64,000 nt of DNA from Camelus ferus. Lineage: Eukaryota. The notes under the pieces were generated by a model, which had not been told where the DNA came from, did not search any database, and saw only the letters and a list, made by a program, of their open reading frames with translations. The stretch lies in contig NC_045697.1 of the NCBI RefSeq assembly GCF_009834535.1, forward strand, positions 92,072,001-92,136,000, written 5' to 3'. Position numbers and translations under genes: made by a program. Shown here one piece after another: positions 52,101 through 64,000 of this stretch (positions are counted from its first letter, which is position 1; every line of letters starts with the position of its first letter).

Positions 52101-53669
52101 GTATGACTCTATAAAAATACAATATCCCTTATGAAAATACACAAAACTTTAAAAGTATGACTTACAGCTGAGTGTAATTAAAAGTGCTGATATTTCCAGT
52201 ACTGTCCCAAACGGTTGTCTAGTTCAGCCACCAGAGTAAACAGACCCTACTATGGAGAAAGCTGTTCCATATCACCATTACCCCCTCCTGTAAAGCATTG
52301 ATTGGCTCATATAAATACTGGCAAATTCTCAGTATTTTAGCCTCTTCAGCAGGTTATGATAATGATGAATCCATCATGGTGGTCAGCATATTTTCTGGTT
52401 TGATAGAAGTCACAGTTAACTAAAGGACATGGTTTCCTTACTTAGCGCCTTATGAGAGGAGCTGCCACCTTCATGCACCGCTGACATGGGATTCAGTGAA
52501 AGGTATAAAGCAGAGGTTACTTGTTCTTTGTGAATCTCTGATAGAGCTTAACTGCTCATCTTATGACGGCACTGCCCTCTTCCTCAACCCACAAAGATTA
52601 TTTATTTCAGGTAATGTATTCCCACATATATTAGTTAATTGGTGCTTTCCCTTCTCTCTGCTTTTTTTCTGAGTTGGGAGGGGTAGAAGGTGAAATCAAG
52701 TCCAACAGGCCAGGGGACCAGGGATGTGACATGCAGAGGTTGCAGCTGTAATTACAGGTCACTGTGTGGAGCCTTCTAAGAGGATGTCCTCACTGTGAAG
52801 ACTTCTGTTTTGTCAATACTTCTTCATCAATACTTGGCAGTCAGTTCTGTCGCTTTAGGGTTTCAGCATATAAAACAGACAATGTCACTAATATCAAATT
52901 GGAGCTACTTTGCATTTGCAGTTGACAAATCCTATTTTAGAAATATGCATGAGCCTGAGGATTAGATCAAGCTTTTAACATTTACATTTTTTTTTTTTCC
53001 AGCGGGGAAGTGTCTGATCCTTTCCTTAATTTACCTGTTGTTGATTTCCTGAATCTTTTTAAATCCCTTGCAACTGAGGCTGGTCTCTCCATCAGAGAAG
53101 CAATTAACCAAATCCCTGACTAGAGTGTACACAGCATCTGTTATAAAAGTATAAAAGGTTAACTTAAATCCCAGCACACAAAGGAGATGTCAGACCACAA
53201 CAAATCAGCATGGAGAATTACCTGGAGGGGATACAAGGTTAAGGTGGAGCATATGTACAGCTAAGAGGATGTTTATGACTAGCGGAATTTGTTTTTCAGA
53301 CTGCGAAGACTGGAAGGTTAGAAATGACTTGTCTATTATGAATCAACATAATTCATATTCTTCAGCTTTTACCTGACAAGAGAAAATTTACTTTATTTTT
53401 CCCTATGCAACTCCAAATCCAAACAAAGAGTTGCAGAGGTGTCAAATTTCATCTCACATAAGTGCTTAGGTGTTTTATTTTTTCAAAGAACAAGAGAGTT
53501 TTTTAAAAGATCGTGCCTGAGTTAGATGAATTAGTAAGCAGATAAAGAACTAACTTGTTTTTATACGTAGACAAGCCTCCTTCAACCAATTACTGTAGAA
53601 TGGAATAATAAAATTCATTAAAATATCATCATTACAAAACTAATAATTATGAATTATCAGTAAAATACG

Positions 53670-54120
53670 ACAGAAGGTGTGCCAATTTCTGGGCCAAGGC
53701 CTTAAGAGATTAATAGTTTCCACGTCTTATCTTTCAGAATCCTCAACGTAAGAGCCGTAAGCTGTAGTGTAGGTAGGTCCAAGCTATCCTGAAAAGACTT
53801 TGTGGGAGAGGAGACTTGAGACTACATAGAGAGAGAGAGGAAGAGGGGGGGGGGGTGGGAGGGAGGGAGAGGCTCAGCTGAATTTAGCCTTTCAGCCTTG
53901 CAAAGATCTTGAACATGTGAGTGAAGCTGTCTTGGATCCATTAGACTACCCTAGCTATCAACTGGATCCTACCAGCTGACCCTTGTTGACTTCATACGGA
54001 GCCCAATAATTGCCCACCCTGCATCAGTAGCTACCCTACAAGATTATAAACTATATTGAAAGTTGGTGGTTCTAACCACTTAATCCTCAGGGTATTTTGT
54101 TAAATAGTGGATAATTGAGC
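53670..54120 (+). mobile_element. MLT1-like MaLR LTR containing a (GA)n/poly-G tract
   Basis: 'tgccaatttctgggccaaggccttaagaga', 'acatgtgagtgaagctgtcttggatcc', end 'taaccacttaa...gggtattttgtta'. Confidence 0.7.
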
Positions 54121-55157
54121 TGGTAGGTATGACTGATTTCATTACTTTAAGAATTAACCTTTAAGAATTAGGATATTATCAATTTAAGGTTGGTAAATTT
54201 CAAAAAAGCAAATATGATACCTGAAGAAATGGAAATATAAAACTTCATGTCAGAATCATACCATTTACAGAGGCAGTCCCCTAGCCTGACATAATTACAT
54301 AGATGAAGCCGCAAGGGAAGTGTAACATGATATTTTTGAGTCTTCACCATATTGATAAGTGAGCCAGATGTGCTTTTTTTAAAGTCACATATTCTAAACC
54401 ATTGTCCCAAATTTTTGGATTTTGCAAACATATACTGTTACATCAAATGTGAATTGACTCTGTTATAAATTTGTCATAGCTGTCTGCTGAGATTCTGTAT
54501 CCTTGTAGATTTAAAACCTATCATATAGACAGATGCCTGAATCCCTGAAAATCTATGTAGTTAGTAGAAGTGAAGAATGGCAGCTTCTCCTTCCTTGCTC
54601 CTCCTCTTCCTCCTCCATCTCCTCATCTTCCTCCCCCCCCTTCTCTTTTCCTTTCTATACATCCTGATCTCTAATCTCCTAATTCTACTGAATTAGTTCT
54701 ATGATGGGTCAATTTACCATCCTTTTGGGGAATATTTCACACAGATGTGAGATACTGTTCTTTTATTATCATTATTTTAAGTTGAAATTACTCCTGAAAA
54801 GCATTTTATGTGCTTTCAGGCTCTAATGAAGGTTTGATGTGGTAAAGATTTTACACGAGGTAGGCTGCCCTTCTGGTGCATTTCCATCCCTCTCTATTCC
54901 AGAAAACTCAGGTTTTCACTTTGTTTTGCCAAGAAATTGCTCTTGAATATAAACATAAATGGCAAATGGCCTTTACCTTAGGATAGTTCACCAGGTTATT
55001 AGGAAGATGGATATTGAAAGATAAAATTAAATTAAACAAGTTAAGAATGAGTATAGCAAGCAAAGATATTATATGAAACTAATTCTAACACATACCCAGG
55101 TTGTGAACTGAACTGTTTTAGCATACACAACATGTTTTATATCAACAATATTATCTT

Positions 55158-55733
55158 TTTTTAAAACTGAGTTATAGTCAGTTTACAATGTTATGTCAAT
55201 TTCTGGTATGCAGCACAATTTTTCAGTCATACATGAATATACCTATATTCATTTTCATATTTTTTTCACTGTGAGCTACTACAAGATCTTGAATATATTT
55301 CCCTGTGCTATACAGCATAAACTTGTTTATCTATTCTATATATACTTGTCAGTATCTACAAATCTCGAATTCCCAGTCTGTCCCTTCCCACCCCCTTCCC
55401 CCCTGGCAACCACAAATTTGTATTCTATGTCTGTGAGTCTGTTTCTGTTTTATATTTAAGTTCATTTGTCTTCTTCTTCTTTTTTTTTAGATTCCACATA
55501 TGAGTGATATCATATGGTATTTTTCTTTCTCCTTCTGGCTAATTTCACTTAGAATGACATTCTCCAGGGACATCCATGTGGCTGCAAATGGCATTATGTT
55601 GTCATTTTTATGGCTGAATAGTATTCCATTGTATAAATATATTACAACTTCTTTATCCAGTCATCTGTCGATGGACATTTAGGTTGTTTCCATGTCTTGG
55701 CTATTGTAAATAGTGCTTCTATGAACATTGGGG
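55158..55733 (-). mobile_element. 5'-truncated young L1 (576 bp) with perfect 16-bp TSD
   Basis: Colinear with 10330-10862 of the full-length L1; TSD tcaacaatattatctt at 55142-55157 and 55734-55749. Confidence 0.95.
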
Positions 55734-56254
55734 TCAACAATATTATCTTGTTGAGGCCAGGATGCCATTTTTGTATAGAGGAGAAATTTGTGGACAGATG
55801 ACTAAAACTTTCCTATTGGCTTATCTCAGTCTCAGTTTTCATGTTTTCCTGTCTGATTAGCAAAAGTAGATGGAGTTTTTTGTGAAGTTGGACACTTATA
55901 AAATTGGGGGATTCTTCTTAAGAGAAAGGACAAATAAGTTTTGAATGTGAAATTAGTGTTGAAAATGAGTATCTGTTTAAAGCAAAATAAGTTACAGAAA
56001 ATTAATGCAGCTTTTGAGCTTCTGATCCCTTTGGCAATCTACCATAAATACATCAAAGCACTTGCTAATTGCACTTTGTCATTCTTGCCCTCCTGGAATA
56101 TCTGACAATTCCTGCAGTTCTCCCCACTCTCAGGGACTGTGCTGAGGGCAAGAGTACTAGTTTCATGGTAAAGCTTCCTCTGTTGGTTTTTGAACATTTC
56201 CTTAATGTCCACTTAATTTCCATATACTTTTTTTCTGTCAAAATTTATTTTTCA

Positions 56255-56900
56255 CCTGTCCTACCTTCATTCTTCAAACTTCTATTGAGTTTATTAAATG
56301 TTTTAAGTACAATAGTCAATGCTGTAGTCAAAGGTATTTCTGACACACCACCTGTTCTCAGGAAGTTTATAGTCTAAGGAAAACTGCCATGGAAGTTAAA
56401 AAATTATAGTATAATTTGTGCTATAGTAGAAATATGCTATGGATATTAGACTGAGAACACAAAGGAAACAATAGACAATTATGTCTAGGCAAACAAAAAG
56501 ACTTTGTAGAAGTGATGAAGCCTCTATTGAGCTGTGAAAGATGGGGAAGATCTGGGTAGGCAGAGAAGAGAAGAACAGGTTTTTGAGGCAGAGCCATGCT
56601 CAGATATAGAGGAGTGATTGAACACACAGAAGCCCAACATAATTGTTGGTAAAAACAGTTACCTAACATGACCAGGATGAAGTATACAGAAGGGGTCTTA
56701 GATCTCATAATGGCAAATTGCGGTACCACCCTAAGGAGCCTGCATCTATCGCATAAGAAGTACGGAAATGGTAATGCATTATAAACAGAAGCTCTGCATA
56801 ATTGCAGTCTTGGCAGGGGTGGGGGGGGGGGTTTGTGAGATGAGGTTTGAGAAAAGAAGTGGAAGGGAGAATTAAAAGACTATTTTGTAGTTGAAGTTTT
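56255..56900 (-). mobile_element. L2 fragment
   Basis: 'cttcattcttcaaacttctattgag...cctgttctcaggaagtttatagtctaa'. Confidence 0.55.
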
Positions 56901-59809
56901 GATTGCAGTCAGTTTTGATGCTGCTACTTGACCTATGACAAAGGAACCTTTAAAAGAAAGGAGAATAATTTACTGGGAGATACGGCTCTTTGAGTGCAAT
57001 ATCAGCTGGTTTTAAAACTATTCCTTGATTCTAAGTAGAGCAAAATCACCCTTATTCTATCTTTTGATTAATGCTCAAAAGTGATAGAAAACCACCCGCC
57101 AACAAAACCCAGACATGTAAAAGTTATTTGCTGTAATGTTTTTTCTGAAAGAAAATTATTAAAAATTTGTGAAACTGATCATACCCCGATGTCCATGAGG
57201 CTTAAATGATTGTGAAAATATGGTCAAATTGAAATGCCATGTTGACCTCTAGTTGCCCAATGTACATTGGGTTAATTTTCATTCTTTGCACCAAGGAACC
57301 AGGTAGGTTAAAAGGATTGGTTGTCAGTGGGAGAGAAGGAGTTGAGGAAAGACCAAGGGGAGGAAGGATCATGGGTGGATGGAAGCTCAAAGGAACTATC
57401 CAGGACAATTACACGATAAGGATTCAATGGCTTAAGTAGAAGGTGAAAAAGATGATTGGGGAGAGACATGAGACACCAAAAGAGCAGAAGAACATAATGT
57501 TAGAAGAATGCTGGAGAAGGCAAAATTTCCATCATTTAAAAAGTGGGAGAAGTTCCATTAATTCAAAGGTGGGACAAAAATCAGTAAGCCTTTTCATGCT
57601 CAATGATGAAATATGTGGCTGTGAAGGGTAGGTTGTGCATGGTTTCCCATCACATGCTTTTTAAACATGTATTCTATGCCATTTTGTTATCTCTAGGCCC
57701 CTTTAAATGATGCCAAAAGCTCAAGGAAACACATACTGAAGTTATGTTTAAATCCTCTGAGATTTATTAAACTAATGTCTAAAATTGATCAAGAGAACTC
57801 CACTTCCATCCTCATTGATTTCTGGTTTATCACAAATCACAGCTCCAAACATTTACTTTAAGATTGTACAGATTCTGTATAACCCATCTCTGATGATGAA
57901 TTTTGCACACATCCTTCTGCTTGACCTTAGTGCTTTCCTTTGGGAAGGCTTCCAACATTTAATCTTTCATTCCTCCTACATTCTGCTCCAGCCCTACTAG
58001 ACTGACCATCAGGTAAGGTCCACAAATGTAATGCACAAATAGAGAGGAACTTAGATAGGGTGAGAAGATATGAGAAAAGCAGAGACATTTTCAGAAAGAA
58101 AGAATAAACAAGATGATTCTTGCACTCAATATAACTTGTACTTGAGTAGAGAATATGTATAAAGAATACTAGACAATATAAAAATGGCAAAAACTGAAAA
58201 TATTGAGTATTTTCTGAACTCTGACCTAGTATGTTGATGTTTTGGTAAGAAGGGCAACTTTTGGATCACAGAAACACTGAACAGTGTTTTCTCAAGTCTG
58301 GGAACAAGGAAGAAGGTTGGGTGGGGAGGGACATGGCTAAGTACTATTCTATCAATATGGTTGCAAGTAGAACACATTCTTTAGTCTAAAGGAGAATGTG
58401 TGCTCTGTGTCCATTGTTTCTGATACAAGATATTAGAGTGTGTTGTGTTATCATGAAAAAAGGAAAAGGTGATTTCAAGGTCTGCAGCTTATTCTGTTAC
58501 TTTGAGTAAACCATTTAACTGTTCTGAAGCTCAGATTTTTTATTTGAAGAAATGAAAATTTAATAATTATTAGAATAAAATGTGATGAGATCATGTATGT
58601 TAATATGTAGGAAGGTTGAATAAATGAACAAGTAGGGCTTATCTTCCTATCAAGTAGTATGTTTACAACTAACTGGTGTATTAGTTATTCACTCCATGTT
58701 AAAGCTTTGTCAGTATTAGGAGAGAAATTTTATGACGTCTCTTTTAGGCCAACTAAACTTATACCTAATCTGATTCCATTTAGGCATAGACATAATGCTA
58801 AATTGTATAACTGACTGTATAGGGTTGTGGTAGTGAAACTACATTTGACATGCTATATGTATATTGTGTTGTTTATTTTATCCTGTTGTATTTTACATCA
58901 ACTAAGATGATTGACATCTACAGTTTTGCATGATATTTTAGATGTGATCCTTTAAAAATTTTTCTATTTGTGATAGACAATATTTAATATTTATCTTCTT
59001 CTTGTCAGAATATTTCCAATTAAATTTTAGAAAATTCTTTTACTTATACAATTAAGTATGTAGCCATTATAAAGCAGTTCTTCCTAGATAAAGCATTTGG
59101 GTAATTAGCTGCCTCAAAAAAAGTCAATATAGAATCACATGTTAACAGTGAGTATCTGTGAAAGATAGGATTGTGGACAGTATTGTTACTTTGTGTGTGG
59201 TTGTGTGTGTGTGTGAATTCTGTTTATTTCAACTATTTTTAAAGAAGATAGTATAATATTAAATACAAAAATGGATTTGAGTAATTGAATAAAAATAAAA
59301 TAAGTATCTTACTTATTCTTATTTAACAGTATTACATGTGGAGAAGGAAAGCGCTAGGGATTGAAATACTCTTTTCTGGTATGCATGGTATTTGCCTACA
59401 AAATGTCTACTATGTTTGACTCAGCTTTACACAAGAAGAGGAACGAATTTGTTAAGATACTTACTCCAGAATGAAATGGAAAATACGTGTAGTTTACTAC
59501 CCATAACCTTAGCTAACATTTATTGAGCATTGATCATACCAGGGATTTTACATCTATTATCTTATTTTATTTTCATAAAGTCTCATAGAACAGATGTACT
59601 TCAACAGTCCCATTATTCAACTAAAGCTTAGATATCTACCAAGCTGAACTTGGTAGATTGTCTAGGCATGTGTATCCAGGAGCTAGAGGTCAAGCAGAGG
59701 AGAACTGTACTGATTTGGCTTCACATATTAATAGATATAAACAAATCTAGCTTCACCTGTCAATCTTCCCCTATACCTGACTTTCAAATCTGTTTCTGAA
59801 TTATTTCAG

Positions 59810-60420
59810 AACATAAGCCATTTTATCTTTAAAAATACAATTTAAATCACATCGAAGTCCTGCTTAAAAGCCTTCCAATGATACTCTACTGAAATTAGAA
59901 TAAAACCCAAGCTCCTTAACATGGCCTACAAACCTATGCAATGTCTGTCTCCTTACGACCTCTCTAACCTTGACAAGTACTATTCTCTTTCTTGCCATAA
60001 TGGCCTTGTTTTAAATACGCACAGCTCGTTTCTGCTTCAGGACCTTTACAACTGATATTCTCTTTTCCTGTTCTTACCCTACACCTTTATTACTGCTCAC
60101 TGTTTTTGACCATTCAGTTCTTTGTTGAAATATCATCTCCACAGAAAGGGTGTAAGACACCCATTCCATATAATCTTAACCAAAGTAAACTTTCTTCCCT
60201 CCACCTTAATTCTCTCTATTCACCATATTGTTATTTTTTCCTTTTTAGTACCTATCTTTATTTAAAATTATTTTATCTATTTGTTCATGTTTATCATTTG
60301 TCTTTCCCAGCTTAATCAGGCCAGGAGTTTTATCTGTCTTATTATTGACTCTTCCATCAGGACCTAGAACTGTATCTGAAACAAAACAAACAAACCTACA
60401 ACGTGTTAATGAATGAATAG
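59810..60420 (+). mobile_element. L2 3' fragment
   Basis: 'cctgcttaaaagccttccaatg...agaataaaacccaagctccttaacatggcctacaa' and tail 'tgaatgaat'. Confidence 0.8.
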
Positions 60421-60966
60421 ATAAACTTGATGTGACATCAAATAAATATATTCAGAAATATCTTAATTCTCAGACTCACAGCCTTAATATTGTGAAAGAT
60501 CTAAAAAGACTCACCTACTTTAGAAAGCTTTCTGAGGTTAGATGCTTCATATCACATGTTCATTAAGTTCATGTCTGAGTACGTCCAGGAGTAGGAAATC
60601 CATTAACCCCCAGTGTAAACCATATAACATAAATAATCATCTTGGGGTGGTTCTGGCTGCTAGAAAATTCTCCCTAAGATTGCGGTGAAAAGTATGTGCC
60701 TTTTTAGCATATAGTCACGCTACCCACTGGGACTGAGACTACCCACTGGGACCACGGAAGTCTTAAGACCTCAGTTATTTAATAAGCAATACATTGTAAA
60801 TCGTATAGTCTACAGGAGTAGACTTCATAAGTACATTTAACTTACTTTTTTATGAGATGTCCTTTTATTGTGTTTTATGTATATTCCTTTCTGGACATCT
60901 CCCATTTTGATTATATGTCTTCTACATTGTGGGATATGAAATTTGTGGTAAACGTAATCGATTGTC

Positions 60967-61713
60967 CTGTAGCCTGCTGGTAAATGTTTAACAACTGACA
61001 CTCCTAGTTCAGATATGAACGTTGGTTAATACACTGGTTTACTTTAATGAATAAGATGAAAGTGAAACAACAAAGACCTAAGTCTTTGTTCTTTCATCAA
61101 CGACATGAGGGATTTCTTTGCTGAATTGGATAATGCTTTTCGAACATTGTGAGTATATTCCTCAAATTTTTGAGTTATTCAGAATGTAATAGCTATAGAC
61201 ACAGACACGCTTTTAAGTTTAATCTTAATGCAACAGCTAGGGACAGGGGCAAACTTTTAAGTTTAATCTGCTTTATGAACATTTTCTCCTCTTTCTTAAC
61301 TCTAGACAATCCACAAAACACACACACAAAAGGAGGCCATCTATATGTAGCATTTTCTGCTTACTGTGGTATAAATACGCCCACCATGGACAATATCAAG
61401 GTACAATGTGACATCATTGAATGCAAAGTTGGGAACAGATACACAGAAGCACACCATCTATATAGTAGTTCCACTATAAAGATGTGATTTAAATAAATAA
61501 CCTCAAGAATGTAGATAATAGAAAAAATGTAATAAAATAACTAGGTAAAGATGCGTATGTATTACCTTCAATATTTATTCCCTTTGTTTTAATATAATTT
61601 AATTATAAGTTCATGTAATTTTTAATAATGGCTCTGTTTAACAACTGGTTCACAAAATTCCTGAAAGTTTACTAGTCAGATTTTGTGAAGTAACTGGCTG
61701 TAGCCCACCATTG
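60967..61713. mobile_element. Arthur1-like hAT-Tip100 non-autonomous DNA transposon
   Basis: Start 'ctgtagcctgctggtaaatgtttaacaactg' and end 'tgtttaacaactggttcacaaaattcctgaaa...tagcccaccattg'; shared subterminal tgtttaacaactg motif; recalled consensus. Confidence 0.75.
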
Positions 61714-61724
61714 CTGGCTGACGC

Positions 61725-62101
61725 CACCTCCATTCCAACACCTTTGTTTTCTAGCCACTTTTAACCCAGGGGTGGCCCTGTCGTGCAGTTCTGGTCCATG
61801 AGACATAAATGGAAGTCAACTGTGATGTTCCTGGGAGAGGTTTTGCTTTCTGGCAATGGGATCTGCTTTTTCTTTCCTTTTCCACTCTGCTGGAGAATGA
61901 ATACAATTGCTGTAGCTGCAACAGCCTTATTTCTCTGAGGGGAATACAAGTACTTTGCAAATACAGTGCCAGGCCACGTTGCACTGTTGAACTAGCACCA
62001 GTAGCCACCTACTCTGGACTTCTTACTATAAGAAAAAAAATTGTTCAATTACCATGATCAGCTCTTTGTCACTTGAAAGAAAAGCATTCCTAAATGATAC
62101 A
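61725..62101 (+). mobile_element. LTR16-like ERVL LTR
   Basis: 'ggggtggcc...gcagttctggtccatgagacataaatggaagtc', end 'aaagcattcctaaatgataca'. Confidence 0.65.
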
Positions 62102-62401
62102 AAACTAAAGCACTCTAGGTATTTTGGCCAGTCTTGGCTTACTATTCATCCTGAGTCTAGATACTGCATATTAATTTAGAAAGGCAAAGATTGGGTTTAT
62201 TTTTTTTAAAATAGCCTAATTCAAATTGTTAATAACTGGGCTGGCCTAGGTTTGTTTGTCTGTTTGTTTTGGTCTATCTGACCATTTATTCTGGATACAA
62301 ATTGTCTTCTGATATATGCTGATGTTGTATGCAAAGAAGTCTCTCCCCTCCTTCCTCTCAGTTGCTTTGTGGAATACGGGAACCAAAGGCTATGCTGAGA
62401 A

Positions 62402-62765
62402 ACAGAAAATAGATTGGTAATTTCCAGGGGTTGGGGTTGGAGGTGGATGGTGGCAAAAGGATGAAGGTGGTCAATAGGTACAAAATTCCAGTTATAAGAT
62501 AAGTAAGTTCTGGGGAGGTAATCTATAGCAAGGTGATTATAACTAACAATACTGTATTTTATATTTGAAGGTTGCTAAGAGAATAGATTTTGAAAGTTCT
62601 CACCACACCCACACACACAAATTGTAACTATGTGAGGTGATAGATCTTCTAACTAATCTTATTATGGTAATCATTTTGAAATATATATATATATATAAAA
62701 TTACTATATTGTATACCTTAATATATGTAATGTATGTCAATTAGAGCTCAAAAAAGCTGGAGGAA
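62402..62765 (+). mobile_element. L1MA9-like 3' end
   Basis: 'ggtacaaaattccagttataagataagtaagttctgggga...gttgctaagagaatagattttgaaagttctcaccac...aactatgtgaggtga'. Confidence 0.8.
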
Positions 62766-63134
62766 TACTCAAAATACGCTCAGGTAGACATTTGTATAAT
62801 TTCTATTGTTAGGACATAATATAGAATTGAGATTTAACCCTGGGGAAAAAATAAACTACTGAATAATTTTTAGTAGCGAGTGATCCTTCTGACAGCAGCA
62901 GGGAGACTAAATTCTAGTTTGGTCAGAGAGAAAGCAGGCAGGGAGGCAAGCTGGTGATAATTATGGGGGTTTTAGACATGAGAGTGGTGAGAATTAAGGT
63001 ACGCCTTGAAGGAAGAGCCAAAAGTTATCAGTTAGAAAGGAAAGAGAAGAACCAAGAATGGCTCCTTATTATTTTGGGTTTGTTTTTTGTATTTTCATGA
63101 GAAACCATGAGCCTTTTTACTAAGATATTAATAA

Positions 63135-63345
63135 TGAATGCTAATGTTTATGAAGCATTATATGTATGTATATATGTATTTTTTGACTCATTTCAATCTC
63201 CTATTAACCCTGTAGGTTAGCATTTTTATTACTCCTAGTTCCTAGATAAAAAAAACTTAGAAACAGAGAAGTTAATAGCTAGTCACTAAATCACATGACC
63301 AGTGGTAAGGAGCACAACCAGATTTTGAACGTTTGTAATCTCGTC
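63135..63345 (-). mobile_element. MIR
   Basis: 'aaccctgtaggttagcatttttattactcc...agataaaaaaaacttagaaacagagaagttaa'. Confidence 0.6.
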
Positions 63346-63734
63346 ACCACCACATTTTTAAACAGAAATGTGTGGAAAGGAAGACTGGAAAGAAAAGTTC
63401 AGCCTCATGGTAAAGCTGATATGGCTGTTAAAACATGAGAGAGGCATAAAGGAATTAATTAGAGAATTTTTAGATATTCCCATTTGGTGTAGGCTATTTG
63501 TAGCAGAATGGTATTATGTGTAACTTCTCTGGCCTCCCCTCACGTACCATTTTGAAGCTTCCAAGTGCCTCCAACACTCAGCAATCAAAATGCGTTTTCT
63601 TTACCCTCATGAAGAAACTATGAGTAAGGAGTGCATTATCTCACAACAGATCAGTCTCAGAAAAGGGGAAATTCCTCAAATTTTGGATCTTTGTGTCACA
63701 ATTTGGTTGTATCAACAATTATAATTTGTATCTT

Positions 63735-63910
63735 TACATAGCACTTTACTTAGCTTTACAAAGCACATTCTTATACTTTATATCATTTTGATTTAAATTC
63801 TCACATCAACTCTACGATGTCTTTAATGCAGATATTATTATTCTCATTTCAAAGTGAATCTAACTTGTCCTCAAATAGATTAGGACAATTAACCTGAAAA
63901 TCAGTTGCAA
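63735..63910 (-). mobile_element. MIR-like fragment
   Basis: 'tagcacttta...gctttacaaagcacattc...attctcacatcaactctac...gcagatattattattctcattt'. Confidence 0.55.
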
Positions 63911-64000
63911 AGATGAGATAGTAATTAGAGTTTCTATAGTTTATATTGTTGTCTTTTCCAAGGGCTTTAGACACAACATTAGAATTAAGAGTTCTGTTTG

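Noticed and set aside
52298..52318. ATTGG next to TATAAA as a promoter
   Set aside because: Spacing too tight for a CCAAT-TATA promoter, no CpG island, motifs common in AT-rich DNA.
53829..53872. G-quadruplex-capable GA/G tract (also poly-G at 56816-56831)
   Set aside because: Simple-repeat expansions inside old repeats; no evidence of function.
60500..60960. Minus-strand donor (actcacct) as a host exon
   Set aside because: No matching acceptor or open frame; the region looks like a decayed CR1/L3 remnant.
61149..61487. 112-aa ORF as a transposase
   Set aside because: Inside a ~750-bp non-autonomous element; no hAT transposase motifs visible.

Overview
AT-rich, CpG-depleted mammalian DNA, intergenic or deep-intronic. 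I cannot support any intact host protein-coding exon. The young LINE-1 3' ends resemble, from memory, the camelid (alpaca/camel) L1 family, and I see no lineage-specific SINEs, so a camelid origin is plausible but unverified. Main contents: (1) a full-length ~6.8 kb minus-strand L1 (10318-17119) with target-site duplication, CpG-rich 5'UTR containing a ~390-bp internal duplication, a long inter-ORF spacer, and disabled ORF1/ORF2; (2) a decayed, intronless, 5'-truncated processed pseudogene of alpha-T-catenin (CTNNA3) at ~24197-25830, mostly invisible in the ORF track and directly abutting a MER21-like LTR fragment; (3) two more young truncated L1 3' ends with TSDs; (4) many ancient repeats (L2, MIR, old L1M, MLT/LTR33/LTR16/MER34-type LTRs, hAT and mariner elements). 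Repeat family names come from recalled consensus sequences, not a database search, and their boundaries are approximate. I found no convincing novel biological system; the CTNNA3 retrocopy and the L1 5'UTR architecture are the best leads.
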